Assembly (NCBI RefSeq): GCF_009914755.1
Contig: NC_060933.1
Length of the DNA stretch: 64,000 nucleotides
Reading direction: 5' to 3' (one strand)
From: the human T2T-CHM13v2.0 reference genome, Homo sapiens
This document shows positions 40,516-54,980 of this stretch, piece after piece. Position 1 is the first letter of the stretch, and every line of letters starts with the position of its first letter. Under the pieces are notes generated by a model, which saw nothing but the letters and a program-made list of their open reading frames with translations, searched no databases and was not told the origin of the DNA. Made by a program: the position numbers and the translations under genes.

Positions 40516-42349
40516 AGCACCTGAATGCACGAAGCCAGGAGGGCCGCTGTGCCCTCTGCCCCATGCTTCCCTCTGGATCCATCCACTGGCATTCTTCTCT
40601 CCCTGGAGAATCACCTTCCAGCATCCTCTCCAATTTACTCCCTGACCCCTCCAAATCCCAGCCCCTGTGCCAGCTCCTTCACAGAGCTCCCCAACTGAAG
40701 TGAGACCCACGCAAGGCCTGTGTCCCCCTTGTCTGTGTGCAGAACCTGACACCCTGGGCCTCTCAACCAGCATTTGCTGGATGAATGAATGAATGAAAGA
40801 ATGAATGAATGGATACTTGCACTCTGCAGCAGTTTGCAACCCCTCATGAGGTTCTGCTGCAGAACCATGTTTCTGCAAAGCAAACCTGACCCAGAAGGCA
40901 CAAGTATGTGAGCTGGATTTGGGGCGACAGCTCTCCTCTCTACAATGGAGCACGGAGATCATTTTACTTCAGCCAACCCCGGCTGGGCTCTCCCCTGCGC
41001 AGGTGATCAGCAGGCAGCTTAATTGGCCTGGCAGAGCCGTGGGCTAAGCGGTGGGGAGGGCAAGCTTGCTCATTACTTCCCTGATCCGCTGGGACCTTCC
41101 AACCACAATGCAGGACCAGCAGCGATTTCTGCAGGGAGAGGCAGGAGCCTGCGGGGCCCCGGAGCACTCGACACCTGGAAAGGACCCAGGCCTGGGAGGT
41201 TCTGCACTGTGGCTGTAGGGCTTGCTGGCCACGGGTCTCCCATCCTGTCAGCGCACGGTCCTGGCTCTCCATGAGTGCAGGGGCTGGTCTGCTGGTTGCC
41301 GTGTCCTCAGTGCCCAGCCAGTGCGGGCCGAGGCAGGGCTGCTGCGTCACAGAGCCCCGGGGGCTCCTTCCACCTCAGCTTCTGTGTGAATGGCCCCCCT
41401 TGGACTTGTGCAGCTTGGCAGCCCTGGCTACCAGCACCCACCAGGAACTCAGTGAGCGTGCACGGCGGTGGAGGGCACAGGCCACGGTGCTCAGGTTCAT
41501 AGTGCTGACCAGCAGGTCCAGAGGCCTGGGACACAAATGCTTTTTCCTTAATGCAAGCTTCCGGGTCCTCCTGAGCCCAGTCCAAATGCCAGCTCCTTCA
41601 TGGTACTCCACTCAGGGCCAGTTTCCCCTCCTTCCTGCCCGCATACAAGCCCCTATCCCCACTTCCCACAAATGCCACTGTGATGGTAACTGTCACCAAG
41701 AGCTTGCTGCGTGCTTACTGCGTGCCGGGCACTGAGCCATGGCCCTGGGCGAGTGGCTGCATTCTATCCTCACTGCAACACGGTGGGGCGCATGCTATCA
41801 TCCCATTTTAGAAATGCCAAAACTGAGGTCCTGAGAGTGAAACAGTCTGCCCAAGGTCATGCAGCTTGTAAGCCGCAGAGGCAAGAATCTGACCCAGGCC
41901 CCTCCAACCCAGCCCCACCTTCCAGCATGCTGAGCGCCACCGTGGCAGACGCCTGGAGTCTGTGCCTGCTGTGCCACCCTCGAACCCCTTGAGGGAAAGG
42001 AGAGGGTGCCCCAGTGTTCTCCCCAGGCTCCAAGCACAGAGGCCCACTTGGTGTTTGGAGAACAGAGGCTGTCGGGCTGCAGGACTAGGCTCCGGCCCCT
42101 CCCTCCCTTGTACTGTTTACTTATGATCTCTCTCTCGACGTTTCGCCCCCAAATGCCCAGAGCCTAGCACAGGGCCTGGCACAAGGAATGCCCAGTGAAA
42201 GTTGGTTACATTCAACCCAGTTGGAGGCACGAGCCCAGAAGTGGGAGTGACAGGGAAGGCTCCCCTGAGACCAACAGCGGCCTGACACCCCCTTCAGCCT
42301 CCGGGACCCCACCTGGGTCTTGGTCTGTTTTCCCTCTCTCTCTGCATGA

Positions 42350-43129
<780 letters not shown>

Positions 43130-44617
43130 TGAGAGTGTGTGAGGTGGCCATGGATGGCTGCTGACCCCCAGAGGGAGGGCAGGGAGAGGTGGGGTGGCTG
43201 AGGGTCAGCTGGTGGCCTCTGGAGCAGGCCACACTCCAGCCACGCTCCTGTTGGGCCCAGATGACCATGGAGGCATCCCCAGGGAATGTGGGGGACGGGG
43301 GTCTGGCAGCTCCTGGCAGCGGCCCCATTGGTGGGGACACTGACATTCTTCCAGGGTCGGAGGGAAGTACCCCAGGTCCGGACTGTGGGTAGAGGCCAGG
43401 ACAGCAAAGGGGAGCAGGGTGAGGGGCCATGTGGGGGCTGCGGCTGAAACCGCTGTAGGGGCATGCATGATGCCCACTTCAGAAGCTCCTGGACACCTCT
43501 GGGCACCTGGTGTAGGTGAGGTGGGCAGGGTCCTGATGCCATGTGGGGGAGGCCGAGCCCGTGGGCATTAAGCATTCCCTAAAGGAGGAGGTTCTGGTTG
43601 AAGGTGTTCACATCCTTTGATTCTGAAACAGATGTGAGAGACGAGGAAGGGAAGGGGTAGAGCGATGGAGTGCCAGGGAGAAAGCCAGAGTGGAGGCACC
43701 TCCGGCTAATGAGTAGAGAGGCAGAGACACGGGAGAGGGCAGGGCGGGAAGAAAGGCAGAGATGAAACGTGTTGGAAGCACCGAGTTAATGCAACTACTA
43801 AGTGGTTCATATTTCCCAGCTAATAAGACCCCCTCTGCAGGGAGGAGGGGACGGGACAAGAAAGCACCGTGGTTCGAATGACTCAAGGCGCTGGAGCTAA
43901 TGAAGTCACCGGGGACTCGGAATTCCTCGGATACGGCTCTGTGGCAATGCTATTTTAATTCAGTCTGAGGATGACAAAGGGAAGGGTGACAAAGGGAAGG
44001 GAAGTCTCCTGTTAACACGACAAGCTTGGGGTACAGGAATTGGGGGTTGAGGAGACAGGTACACTGCAAGGGGTTGTCTGACATGGGACAAAGGACTCAG
44101 GATGGACGCAGAGACAGGGAGGGGTGACACACGGTCCTGGGAGGCAGTGAGCACACCACAGATACACTCAGGGTGAACTGCACTCCTCGAACACAGCACA
44201 ACGAAGCCCATCCGTCCATCAGCTAGTATTAATCCAGAGCCGCAGGCATGGGAAGGGCAGAGACCAGCCAGACTCAGGTCCCACGGGGCTGACCTCTCTG
44301 ATTCCAGGCTGGAAGCAGCATCCTATTCTTTCAGCAGAAAGTACAGACTCCTCTGGGGAAGGGGGTCTTCCTCTGCCCACCTCTCAAGAAGCATCTGGCA
44401 TTACCTCCTCCCTCCCCAATGTGCCAGTCCTCTGGGTCTTTCCTTCCTTCAGAACCTATTTCCTGCCTTGGGGCCCTTGCACCTGCTATTTCCTCAGCCT
44501 GGAATGCTCTCTGCTGCTAACTCATATACCTCCTTTAGCTTTCAGGCTTCTGATCAAATGTCGCTTCCTCTAGGGTGCTGTCCCTGATGCCTCAGACCAG
44601 GACAGGGCCTTGGACAT

Positions 44618-45001
44618 TGTGTTAGTTTCCCGTGGCTGCTGTAACAAATGACCACAAAGCGGTTGCTTAAAACAATGGAAATTTATCCTCTCACAGTTCT
44701 GGAGGCCCAGAGTTCAAAATCAAGGTGTTGGGAGGGTTGGGTCCCTCTGGAGGCTCAGAGAGAATCTATTTCGTGCCTCTCCTGGCTTCGGGCAATCCCT
44801 AGTCTTGCTTGGCTTTTGGCTGCATGGCTCCAATCTCTACCTGTCTTCACACAATTCTTTTCTCCATGCATCTGTTTTCTTTTTAGTCTCTTAAAAGGAC
44901 ACTATCGTCGGGTTTAGGGTCCACTCCAATCCAGGATGATCTCATCTTCAGAGCCTTACCTTAATGACATCTGCAAAGACCCTTATTCCAAATAAAGTCA
45001 C
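44618..45001 (-). mobile_element. MLT1 LTR, truncated by the MST insertion
   Basis: tgtgttagtttcc...cagttctggaggcccagagttcaaaatcaagg...ctgcaaagacccttattccaaataaagtcac. Confidence 0.8.
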
Positions 45002-45829
<828 letters not shown>

Positions 45830-46121
45830 GGCCTGACCCAACTGGATTGGGTCATGGCCCTGCTGCATCCATGATGTCCAGCCAGGGCAGGTGCCTTGCA
45901 ACTACTGCCGAGTGACTGATGGGACTGTTGGGCCCTTGGGAAGACTGGTGGGAGCAAGGGGGAAAGGACACACCCAGGGCCACCCCACCGAGGCTGTAGC
46001 TTTTGGTCCCACAGTGAAGAGCAGCCAGGAGGCCCCCCACCGACAGCCAGAACTGGAAGGGGCTTACAGGTCAGCCAGCTTAGTGCCTGTGTTAACAACT
46101 GGGGAGAACAAGACTCAGAGG

Positions 46122-46477
<356 letters not shown>

Positions 46478-46864
46478 TCAGCACTCTTCCTGTCCCCTTG
46501 CACTGTGTTCCCTGCCCGTAGCATGGATCTGAAACTTAGGGCCAATTCTCAGGACAGTATAGGGAAGGCATGGGTAGGAGCCCTGAGATGCCAAGGACGA
46601 GGTGCCGTCAGCTGGAGTCACTCCCACAAGCTTAGCCTTCAGAGGTTTCCTCTCAGTGTCTGCAAAGAACTCCAGTTTTCCTTAAATAGTTTCATTTTGC
46701 CTAATTATCCTCCAGCCGCAAAGCGAATAAGAGGCATGAGGGATTAAGGAGAATCAAGAGGAACAGGCATTAGGGCTGTGAGCTGGAAGTGGGGAGGATG
46801 GGGAAGCCAGGGCAATTGGAGAGTCGGGTCAAAGCATATACAAGTTGCACTCCGTTTGAGAAAC

Positions 46865-47100
46865 AGTATGTCAGAGTGGCTAAGAGAGTAGGCTCTGCAC
46901 TCAGACTGACCTGGGTTTGAGATCCATATGGCCACTGGCTAACTCAGGGACCTTGGGCAAGTTCCTTGACCTCTCTGAGCCTTATTCCACATTTGTAACT
47001 TCAGAATAATGATGTCTACTCCAAACATGGATTGTCAGGATTTACTGAGAGAATGGCACCATGCCTGGCTCTCAGTAAGGCTCAATAAACAATAATGATT
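46865..47100 (+). mobile_element. MIR
   Basis: cagactgacctgggtttgagatcc...accttgggcaagttccttgacctctctgagcc. Confidence 0.7.
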
Positions 47101-48940
47101 ATGCACAGAGGTCAGAGAGGGTAGAGGAACTTGGAAAGTTATAAAAAGGCTCAAAATCCCTGAGTTTGATTCTAAATGTCTTTGCAATCTAGTCCAGGAA
47201 GGCAGGGTCATGTCTGTCTTGTGACTACTGCACTGGTCCCAGCAACCAGCAAAGTTCCTGCCTATTGGAGGGCCTGCCTGGCTCCTGATTGAAAGGAAGA
47301 ATCAATGAGTGGGTGAGTGAATGAAGGGCAACAGCCTTCCTTCTTTGCAGCTGCAGAGGCTGGGCAGTTATTGGGCCATGCAGGACTCAATCAGTCTGCC
47401 CTTTCTTGTTTTCTGGTGCCCTCCAGCCTTGACGCCATGTTTAGACCATTGATATTCACAGAATAATTTCCAGCATTGATTACTCAGATGGAACACCCTC
47501 CCTCCCAAGCTCCGCCGCCTTCCTCAGTCTTCCCCACCACAGGCGACTCCACCGAGTTTCCTGATTAATTCCCCTCCATAAACATTCTGATGAAGCCGCC
47601 AGCTCTCGCCAGGCAGCCTCCCAGAGCAAGGATTATTTCACAAAGCTGCTTTTCTCTTTGTGACCTGTGTTCATTAGCTGCTGCAAGGGTCACAGTCTGG
47701 GCTGCTTCAGTGGGGCCACCTCTGGGCAGGCAGTTCCCCTAGAGGAGAAGCTCTTCCCAGCCTGCCCAGGGTGGAGAAGGTCACCCCTGCCCAGACCCAG
47801 TGGCCTGGAAGCCGTGGGAAGTAGCACATTCCTGGCAAGGGAAGAGATGCTCTCAGTGGAGAAAATACTAGGTGGAGGCGCATGACACTTCTGATATTCA
47901 GCCATTTGCTGACCCATGAAAATGGCAATTCAATTTAATAGGACCCTCTGTGGTTGAGCCTAGAGAGAGGGAGGGGAAAAAGGAGTGAGGGGTCTGGAGT
48001 CAGAAACACAGGCAGTCCTGCTCTGTGTCTTCTCAGCTGTGTGGCTTGAGGAATGTGGCCTCATCCCTCTGGGCTGACTTGTCAAGTGTTGATAGCCACA
48101 GCACCGCCTTGCAGGGGGGTGTGTAGTTTCAGTGCAATCATTACATCACAGCCTGCTTCCGTGGCTGCTGCAACATCCCTGTGCCCTCAACAGCAGCTAT
48201 TTTAGCAATAACGAGTGAGTTGGGGGCACTGGGATAGTGCAGCTGCCCACTGACTGGCTCCCCAGGTGCCTACCTTCACTTCTTCGGAGTCACTTCTCTG
48301 GCAAAGGCACCCAGGGGGTCCAGGAGACCTTGGACACAATGGATTTTAGTGGCAACCAGAGAGGTCCTCTATAGCCCACTTCCATGAGTGGATAAACATG
48401 GTGCCTGGCACAGACGGGATCCTCAACAAACTGAAATGAATGAGACAAGTGTATCAGCTGATGTCTTAGAACACAGAATTCAGCTTTGAGAAGTAAAAGA
48501 TACAAAAAAAGTCATAGGAGGTTGGAGAGTGGGCATGGTGGGAGAGCAGCAGCCAGCTCCTGGGGGTGGGTTAGCAGGTGCTTTTATGGGGCCCTGGAAG
48601 TCACTGGCACTTTGAGCCTAAGGGTGTGGCGAGTGTCTGGGGAGCTGTCCGTGGTGCTGAAGCACAACCACTGGTGAGGGCAGCTGTCCTTTCAGTGCCT
48701 GTGCTCAGCGGAAGCCTGTCCCACTCCTTCAGGAATTCTGAGTCCAGAAAGGAAAGAAGCAGTGGAAAGGGAGGCAGAGAGTGAGAGGTGAGGCCTGCAC
48801 AAAAGGTTATTCGTCAGACAATCACTGCCAGACTGGAGGAAGCACTTTTGTTTTCACATTATTGCAGTCACCAAACACTAATTCCCTCATGAGGGAAACA
48901 TCGGCATCTCTCCCACCAACATGCTCCGAATGCCATCCTT

Positions 48941-49296
48941 TTTTCATTGCTGTGTAGTATTCCATCACATGAACTATACATAACTACCACAATTTGTTAA
49001 CTCATTCTATTTTTTTTTTTTTTGACAGACTCTTGCTCTCACTCAGGCTGGAGTGCAGTGGCACGATCACCGCTCACTGTAGCCTCAACTTCCTAGGCTC
49101 ATGTGATCCCTCTGCCTCAGCCTCCTGTGTAGCTGGGGCACAGGCATGTACCATCATGCCCAGCTAATTTTTTTTTTGTAGAGATGGGGTCTCCTTATGT
49201 TTTCCTGGCTAGTCATGAACCCCTGGGCTCAAGCAGTCCTCCTGCCTTGGCCTCTCAAGATGCTGAGATTACAGGTATGAGCCACTGCACCTGGCC
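48941..49296 (-). mobile_element. AluJ plus a 71-bp captured L1-derived flank, all inside one TSD
   Basis: TSD cgaatgccatcctt (48927-48940) / ccaatgccatcatt (49297-49310). Confidence 0.8.
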
Positions 49297-50350
49297 CCAA
49301 TGCCATCATTATGGCAAAAGTCAAATCAATCTTGTGTCTCCAAATTTGTGATGTGCACCCACCCTCATTCCTCTTGTCTGGAACCTCTCTGCAGGTCACT
49401 GCCCACTGCTCCTTCCAGCTCCAGGCCTTTTGCCCTTCCTACTTTCCATCATCTCATCTGACCCATCCTTTAGAGCCTGTCTCCAGATTCTCCTCTTCCA
49501 GGAAGCCTCCCTTGACCACTTCAGCCCACTCTGCCTTCTTGCTCCTCTGACCACCTACTGAACTTGGAGCCAAGTTTAGCAAGCGCTGCTTTTCAAGATA
49601 TTCTCCATAAGTGCTCTCTTTCTCCCCACTCAGTTGTGAGCTCTCAGGGGACCCAGTTCTTGCTTCTTTTACCTCCTTCCAGCAGAGCCAAGCCTGAATT
49701 CTGCATGAATATCAACATCAGCAGCAGTGGCATCAGCCACTGTGAATGAGCACTAAGGCTGTGTTGGGGCTGTGCTGCACTTCCTGTGCTTTATCTCACT
49801 GAAAACCCATGGTAACTCTGTGAAAGCAGATCCTATGATTACCACCATTATAATAGGAGGCTCAGAGGGACGAGGTAACTTGCCTAAAGCCATACATGCA
49901 TGAGGGCTAGGGTTCAAGCAAAGGTCTGCCTGACCTCAGGGTCTAGTTCTTAACCAGCAGTCCATCTGATTCATAGCAGTGACCCATAATGGCAACACAC
50001 ATTCTGAAACCAGTCCCGCTCTGCTGTTTACTTATGTTGAGGCTGTACGCCTAAAGAACCAGCGCTAGAAGAATTGGGGATAGGAAGATTTTTTTTTTAA
50101 AATCAGTACAGAGCAGAGAGCACTGCATTATTTTTCTGCCTCTAAGAACATTCTCATTACTTACAAATTACATTAATTTCTACAAACACTTATTGACACC
50201 CACTGCCTGCTGTGCACCCTGCGTTATGATGAGTACTGGATTAGACAGTCATAAATAAAACACACACTGGCACAGTCAGTCTGTGATAGAAGCTTTTAGA
50301 GAGAGAATTAGAAAAGGGCTCTGTGGCTCAGCCCCATCCTGGGGGCCCAG

Positions 50351-50364
50351 CCAATAGATGGCAC
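50351..50364 (+). promoter_or_regulatory. Candidate CTCF motif
   Basis: CCAATAGATGGCAC, 13/14 match to CCASYAGRKGGCRS. Confidence 0.4.
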
Positions 50365-50575
50365 CAGCTTCTATGCTTTTAGAAAGACCCTGGAGTGTCC
50401 AGAACACCGCTCAGACTCCTGCAGAGACATGAGGAACATGTGGGGCTGGGGCTCTGGAATTTTCAGGAGACAGTGAATCTTAGACACCTCTTACCTCTTG
50501 GCTGCTTTGCTTTGTCAGGTGGTTGGATAACATCAGATTGCCCAGGAAGCCAAACTGACCCACAGGATGGGTTTC

Positions 50576-50826
50576 TGTGTATGTGTGTGTGTGTGTGTGT
50601 GTATGTGTGTACATGTGTGCGTGTGTAGGGGGGTGAGGGGTGCACATGCATGCCTATACATTTCTGCATTCCTTCTCAATTGGAAATATATCAATGCTGA
50701 CAAGGAACAAGGGTAGAAGCATGATATAATCACAAGGTTGCTGGAACATGGGTGCATGGTGGGGAAAATAAGTGAAAATCAATTTTCCCCTGGATCTGTG
50801 TGTGTGCGTGCATGTGTGTGTGTGTA
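50576..50826. repeat. Two (TG)n-like alternating purine-pyrimidine tracts
   Basis: Tracts at 50576-50627 and 50797-50826. Confidence 0.85.
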
Positions 50827-51532
50827 TAAAACTCCAGCCAGTGAGACAATGTTCACTCCTCTGAACAGCACTCAACGCTAATGCTGGGCAGAGCAGGGGC
50901 TTTCTGGGGAGCTCTTGGAATTGCAAGATTGGGATGAACAGGGATGGGAAGAAAGATTTATGAAAGGCCTGGTCAAGTTCTTTCCCCCTCCAGTCCCCAG
51001 AGAGGTCCCTCTGGGCAGCTTCTTGGTTTCAACTGGTCTCATCTTGGCCTGTACCAAGTAGCAGCCCCTCTGCTCTGAGACCCCCCCCTCCCACCCTCCT
51101 GAGCTCCACCCTGCATCCTCTTCCCTACATCTTTCCCAGAGGGGCTGTCATCGTGTCAAAAAGCCCAGTGATTTTAAAAGAAACTTTCTCTCCTTGTGCT
51201 TTGATTCTGCCGCAGTTTCCCCCGGTCTGCTAGAGAACAAAGGGCATGATTGAGTGGAAATGCGCCCCCAGCGTCTGCCTTGATTCCAGGCTCCTGTTGC
51301 TGGAGAGAATTTTGATCTCTGGTGTAGTGGCTTCCTCTTCTCCCTGCTGTGAGGGAAGAGTCAACGTCCCCATGTGCTTCCTGCGAGAAAGAAGGACCTC
51401 TCAGTCACTGCAACTCAAAAGCAAGATCCTTTCACCCACTCAACAAATATTGACACCTGCTGAATGCCAGACACCATCATAGTTGAGTGGAGTTAAGCAG
51501 TTGTCAAGTCTTTAGACAAAAACTTTGGCCCT

Positions 51533-51820
51533 TGTCTTATTCCATTTTTTGCTGATATACCAGAATACTGGAGACTGGGTAGTTCATAAAAAGCAGAGGT
51601 TTCTTTTTTACAGTCTGGAGACTGGGCAATCCAAGGTCAAGGGGCTGCATCTGGTGAAGGCCTTCTTGCTGTGTCATGTCATCCCATAGGTGGAAGGGCA
51701 GGAGGGCACATGCAAGACAAAGAGTGGAAGAGCCCCTATGACCTAATCACCTCTTAAAGGCCCCACCTCTCAACACTGTTGCATTGGGGATTAAATTTCC
51801 AACACACTAACCCAGGGGGA
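51533..51820 (-). mobile_element. MSTC/D-like LTR fragment
   Basis: gcatctggtgaaggccttcttgctgtgtc...tgacctaatcacctcttaaaggccccacctctcaacactg. Confidence 0.7.
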
Positions 51821-51984
51821 CAGCAGCCCTCATGAAACTTGTGCTCTAGTGGAGAGTACAGTGGCTAGAGAGATACAGGGGCATATCCAGGCTCTACCAT
51901 TTGCCAACTGTAAGACCTTGAGCAAATTAATTAACATCTCTCAGGCTCAGCTTTTCCATCTTCAAAAGGGAGAGAACAAGAGCA

Positions 51985-52455
51985 TATTAGTTATCTGTTG
52001 CTACAATAATGCTGCATAACAAACAACCCCAAATTCTAGTGGCCTGCAACAGTAAGCATTTGCTTCTCATGCATCTGCAGTCAGCTAGGGGAGAAGGATC
52101 ACGGGTCTTATAGCTTTGTAGGCATTGGCTCGGCTCACTCCCACGTTTGAGAGTCAGCCAGCTGTTGGCTGGGATGACTCGGGTGACTTGGTTCTGCTCC
52201 ATGTCTCTTTCATCTTCCATCAGGTTAGCCTGGGTGTATTATCCTGGCGATGACAGAGGTGCAAGAATGAGAGCCAGCCCCATTACATACATGATTTTTG
52301 AGCCTTTGCTTGTATTAGTTTCTAACATCCCATTGGACAATGGAAGCCTCTTGGAGGATTCCAGAGTGAGAGTGCAAGGAAACTACAAATTCACACGGCA
52401 AAGAAGTGAATACAAGGAGGGATGAAGCATCAGTTCCATTTTTAAAGTCTACCAT
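51985..52455 (-). mobile_element. MLT1G/H-like LTR
   Basis: tattagttatctgttgctac...taacaaacaaccccaaa. Confidence 0.65.
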
Positions 52456-52949
52456 GGACTTTCCTCCTGGGGCTGTTGGGGGATAAAGGAGAATGGCATA
52501 AAGTCCTTGGCTCAGCTCCTAGTTCATAGCAAGGGCTACATCGGGAGCTAACTTAAAAAGAACAGAGGTCTTTGGGTGAATGAGAGCAAGGTTCAGGTAG
52601 GTCTTTTTCACTGTTATATCCCCAGTATAATAACTGCTGAATGAATGAGCTGACCACACGGTGAGTTGTTCTTGAGATCAAGGTGGCTGATTCCAGCAAT
52701 TGTTCCATCCTACCTTCTGGAGGCTAATGGTTTCCCCTAGAAGGCCTTGGATGGAGCCATTCTTTGTCCACTATGGGGCTTCTTAGCCCTCCCAGAACTC
52801 GATATTTGGGTGAGAGGAATAGCTCCAGGAGCATACTGGGAGAGCATTCTCACTGTCAAAACTTCCAAAGAATGAGGGGGGAAGCTTCCTATCTGGGAGT
52901 GATTGTCGTATGGACCAGAGGTAGGAGGAGGGAGCAGGTGACCACTCAG

Positions 52950-53577
52950 ATCCTTGTGCACACAAAGAACTACATTTCCCATCTTCCTTGGCAGTGAGAT
53001 GAGGCCACATCACTGAGTTCTGGCCAGTGGGATGTGGGTGGAAGGGATCTATGCCACTTTCAGGCCTGTTCCCCCACCAAACCTCCTGCATAATCTCCCA
53101 TAGCTCTCTCTTTCCCGGTCTTCTCATCAGATGCACAGGGTCCAGAGAGGAACTCCAAGGCTCTAGGACAGGGGTCAGAAAACTGAGGCTTACAGGCCAA
53201 ATCCAACTCTCTGCCTGTATTTGTAAATAAAGCTTTATTGGAACACAGTCATGCCCATTCATTTCTAGGTTGTTTATGGCTGCTTTTGCACCACAATGGT
53301 AGAAATCATTAGTTGTCACTGAGTGGCCTGAGAAGCCTAAGATATTTCCCATCTGGTCCTTTAGGGAGAAAGCTTGTTGACTCCTGCCCTGGGGGATGGT
53401 GGAGCCACCACCCAGGATGGTAAGGAGCCTGGGGCCCTGGATGACTGTGTGGAGTACGGGCTCCTTCCCAAGAGCCTGCGCTGGACAGTGACACAGCAAG
53501 AAGGAAGCTTTTACTGTGCTGACGCACTGAGATTTGGGAGCTGATTGTTTTAGCAGTCAGTCTACCCTGGATACACA
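52950..53577 (+). mobile_element. MLT1J-like LTR interrupted by MER58A
   Basis: actacatttccc...ctgagttctggccagtggg...gatggtggagccac...gcactgagatttgggag. Confidence 0.65.
53169..53386. mobile_element. MER58A hAT MITE
   Basis: cagggg...ctcctg TIR-like ends; internal tttgtaaataaagctttattggaacacagtcatgcccattc. Confidence 0.8.
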
Positions 53578-54449
53578 CTGCCCAAGGAGCTCTGACTCTG
53601 GGATGAGCAGAAACATGGCTTCCTATTCATCTTCATCCTCTCTGTGCCCTGCACACCTAGGAAGCTGACTTGTCTCCAGGCTAGGGCTCATGCAAGAACC
53701 AGTTGGACATCCCATAGTCGCTCGGACCTGGTGGCCTATCTGCCACCAGGGTGACTGCCATCTGGGTGAGGTCACTTTGACAGAGTGGTAGGGGTCCTTC
53801 TCTCCTCATAGGAGGATAAAGCAATAAGAAGACCAGAGCCAGGAACAGGAAGCCCCTGGGAAGCCCAGGCTGGTGCCAGTCTGGTGGTTCTGGTGAGGCA
53901 GCCTTGCTCTCAGACCAACCATTTTAGGAAACTTGAGCTTGAGAGTTTGTTGATTAATGGCTGTGCAATCCTAGATAAGTTACTTAACTCTCCCTCCCCA
54001 AGCTTCAGTTTTCTTATCTGTGAAATGTGATCAAGAGTGCCTATATCCTAGAGTTGCTGGTAATAGCAAGATCTTCAGCAGCAAGGGATGCCCCCACTCT
54101 AGAGTGCCATTTACATGCACAGTGCCATTTCTCTCTTACTCTTATTCTCCATGTTCTGGGCCCTGGAGCCATGTCCCTCCCCAGGAAACCCCCCTGCCTG
54201 CAGCCCTAGCTTCCCAGGCATGGCCCTGACACCTGGCACAGCCACCTGCACCTGGTGCTCACCTGCACTGGTTTCTCTCTTGAGATTTCGACCAAGAGGA
54301 ATTGAGGGGGAGGGGGAGCTCAGAGGGTGCAAGGCAGCCCTGGAGCCAGGGGCCATGCTGGGCCACATGCCAGAGGAGCAAAGAGAAGAATCCAGCTGTT
54401 AGATGAGGGAAGTCGCCCCATGGAGAGGAACATCCTGGTCTCCAGGATA

Positions 54450-54980
<531 letters not shown>

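Noticed and set aside
43972-44001. 15-bp tandem duplication (similar short repeats at 2309, 37053, 54454)
   Set aside because: Ordinary slippage products with no array structure.
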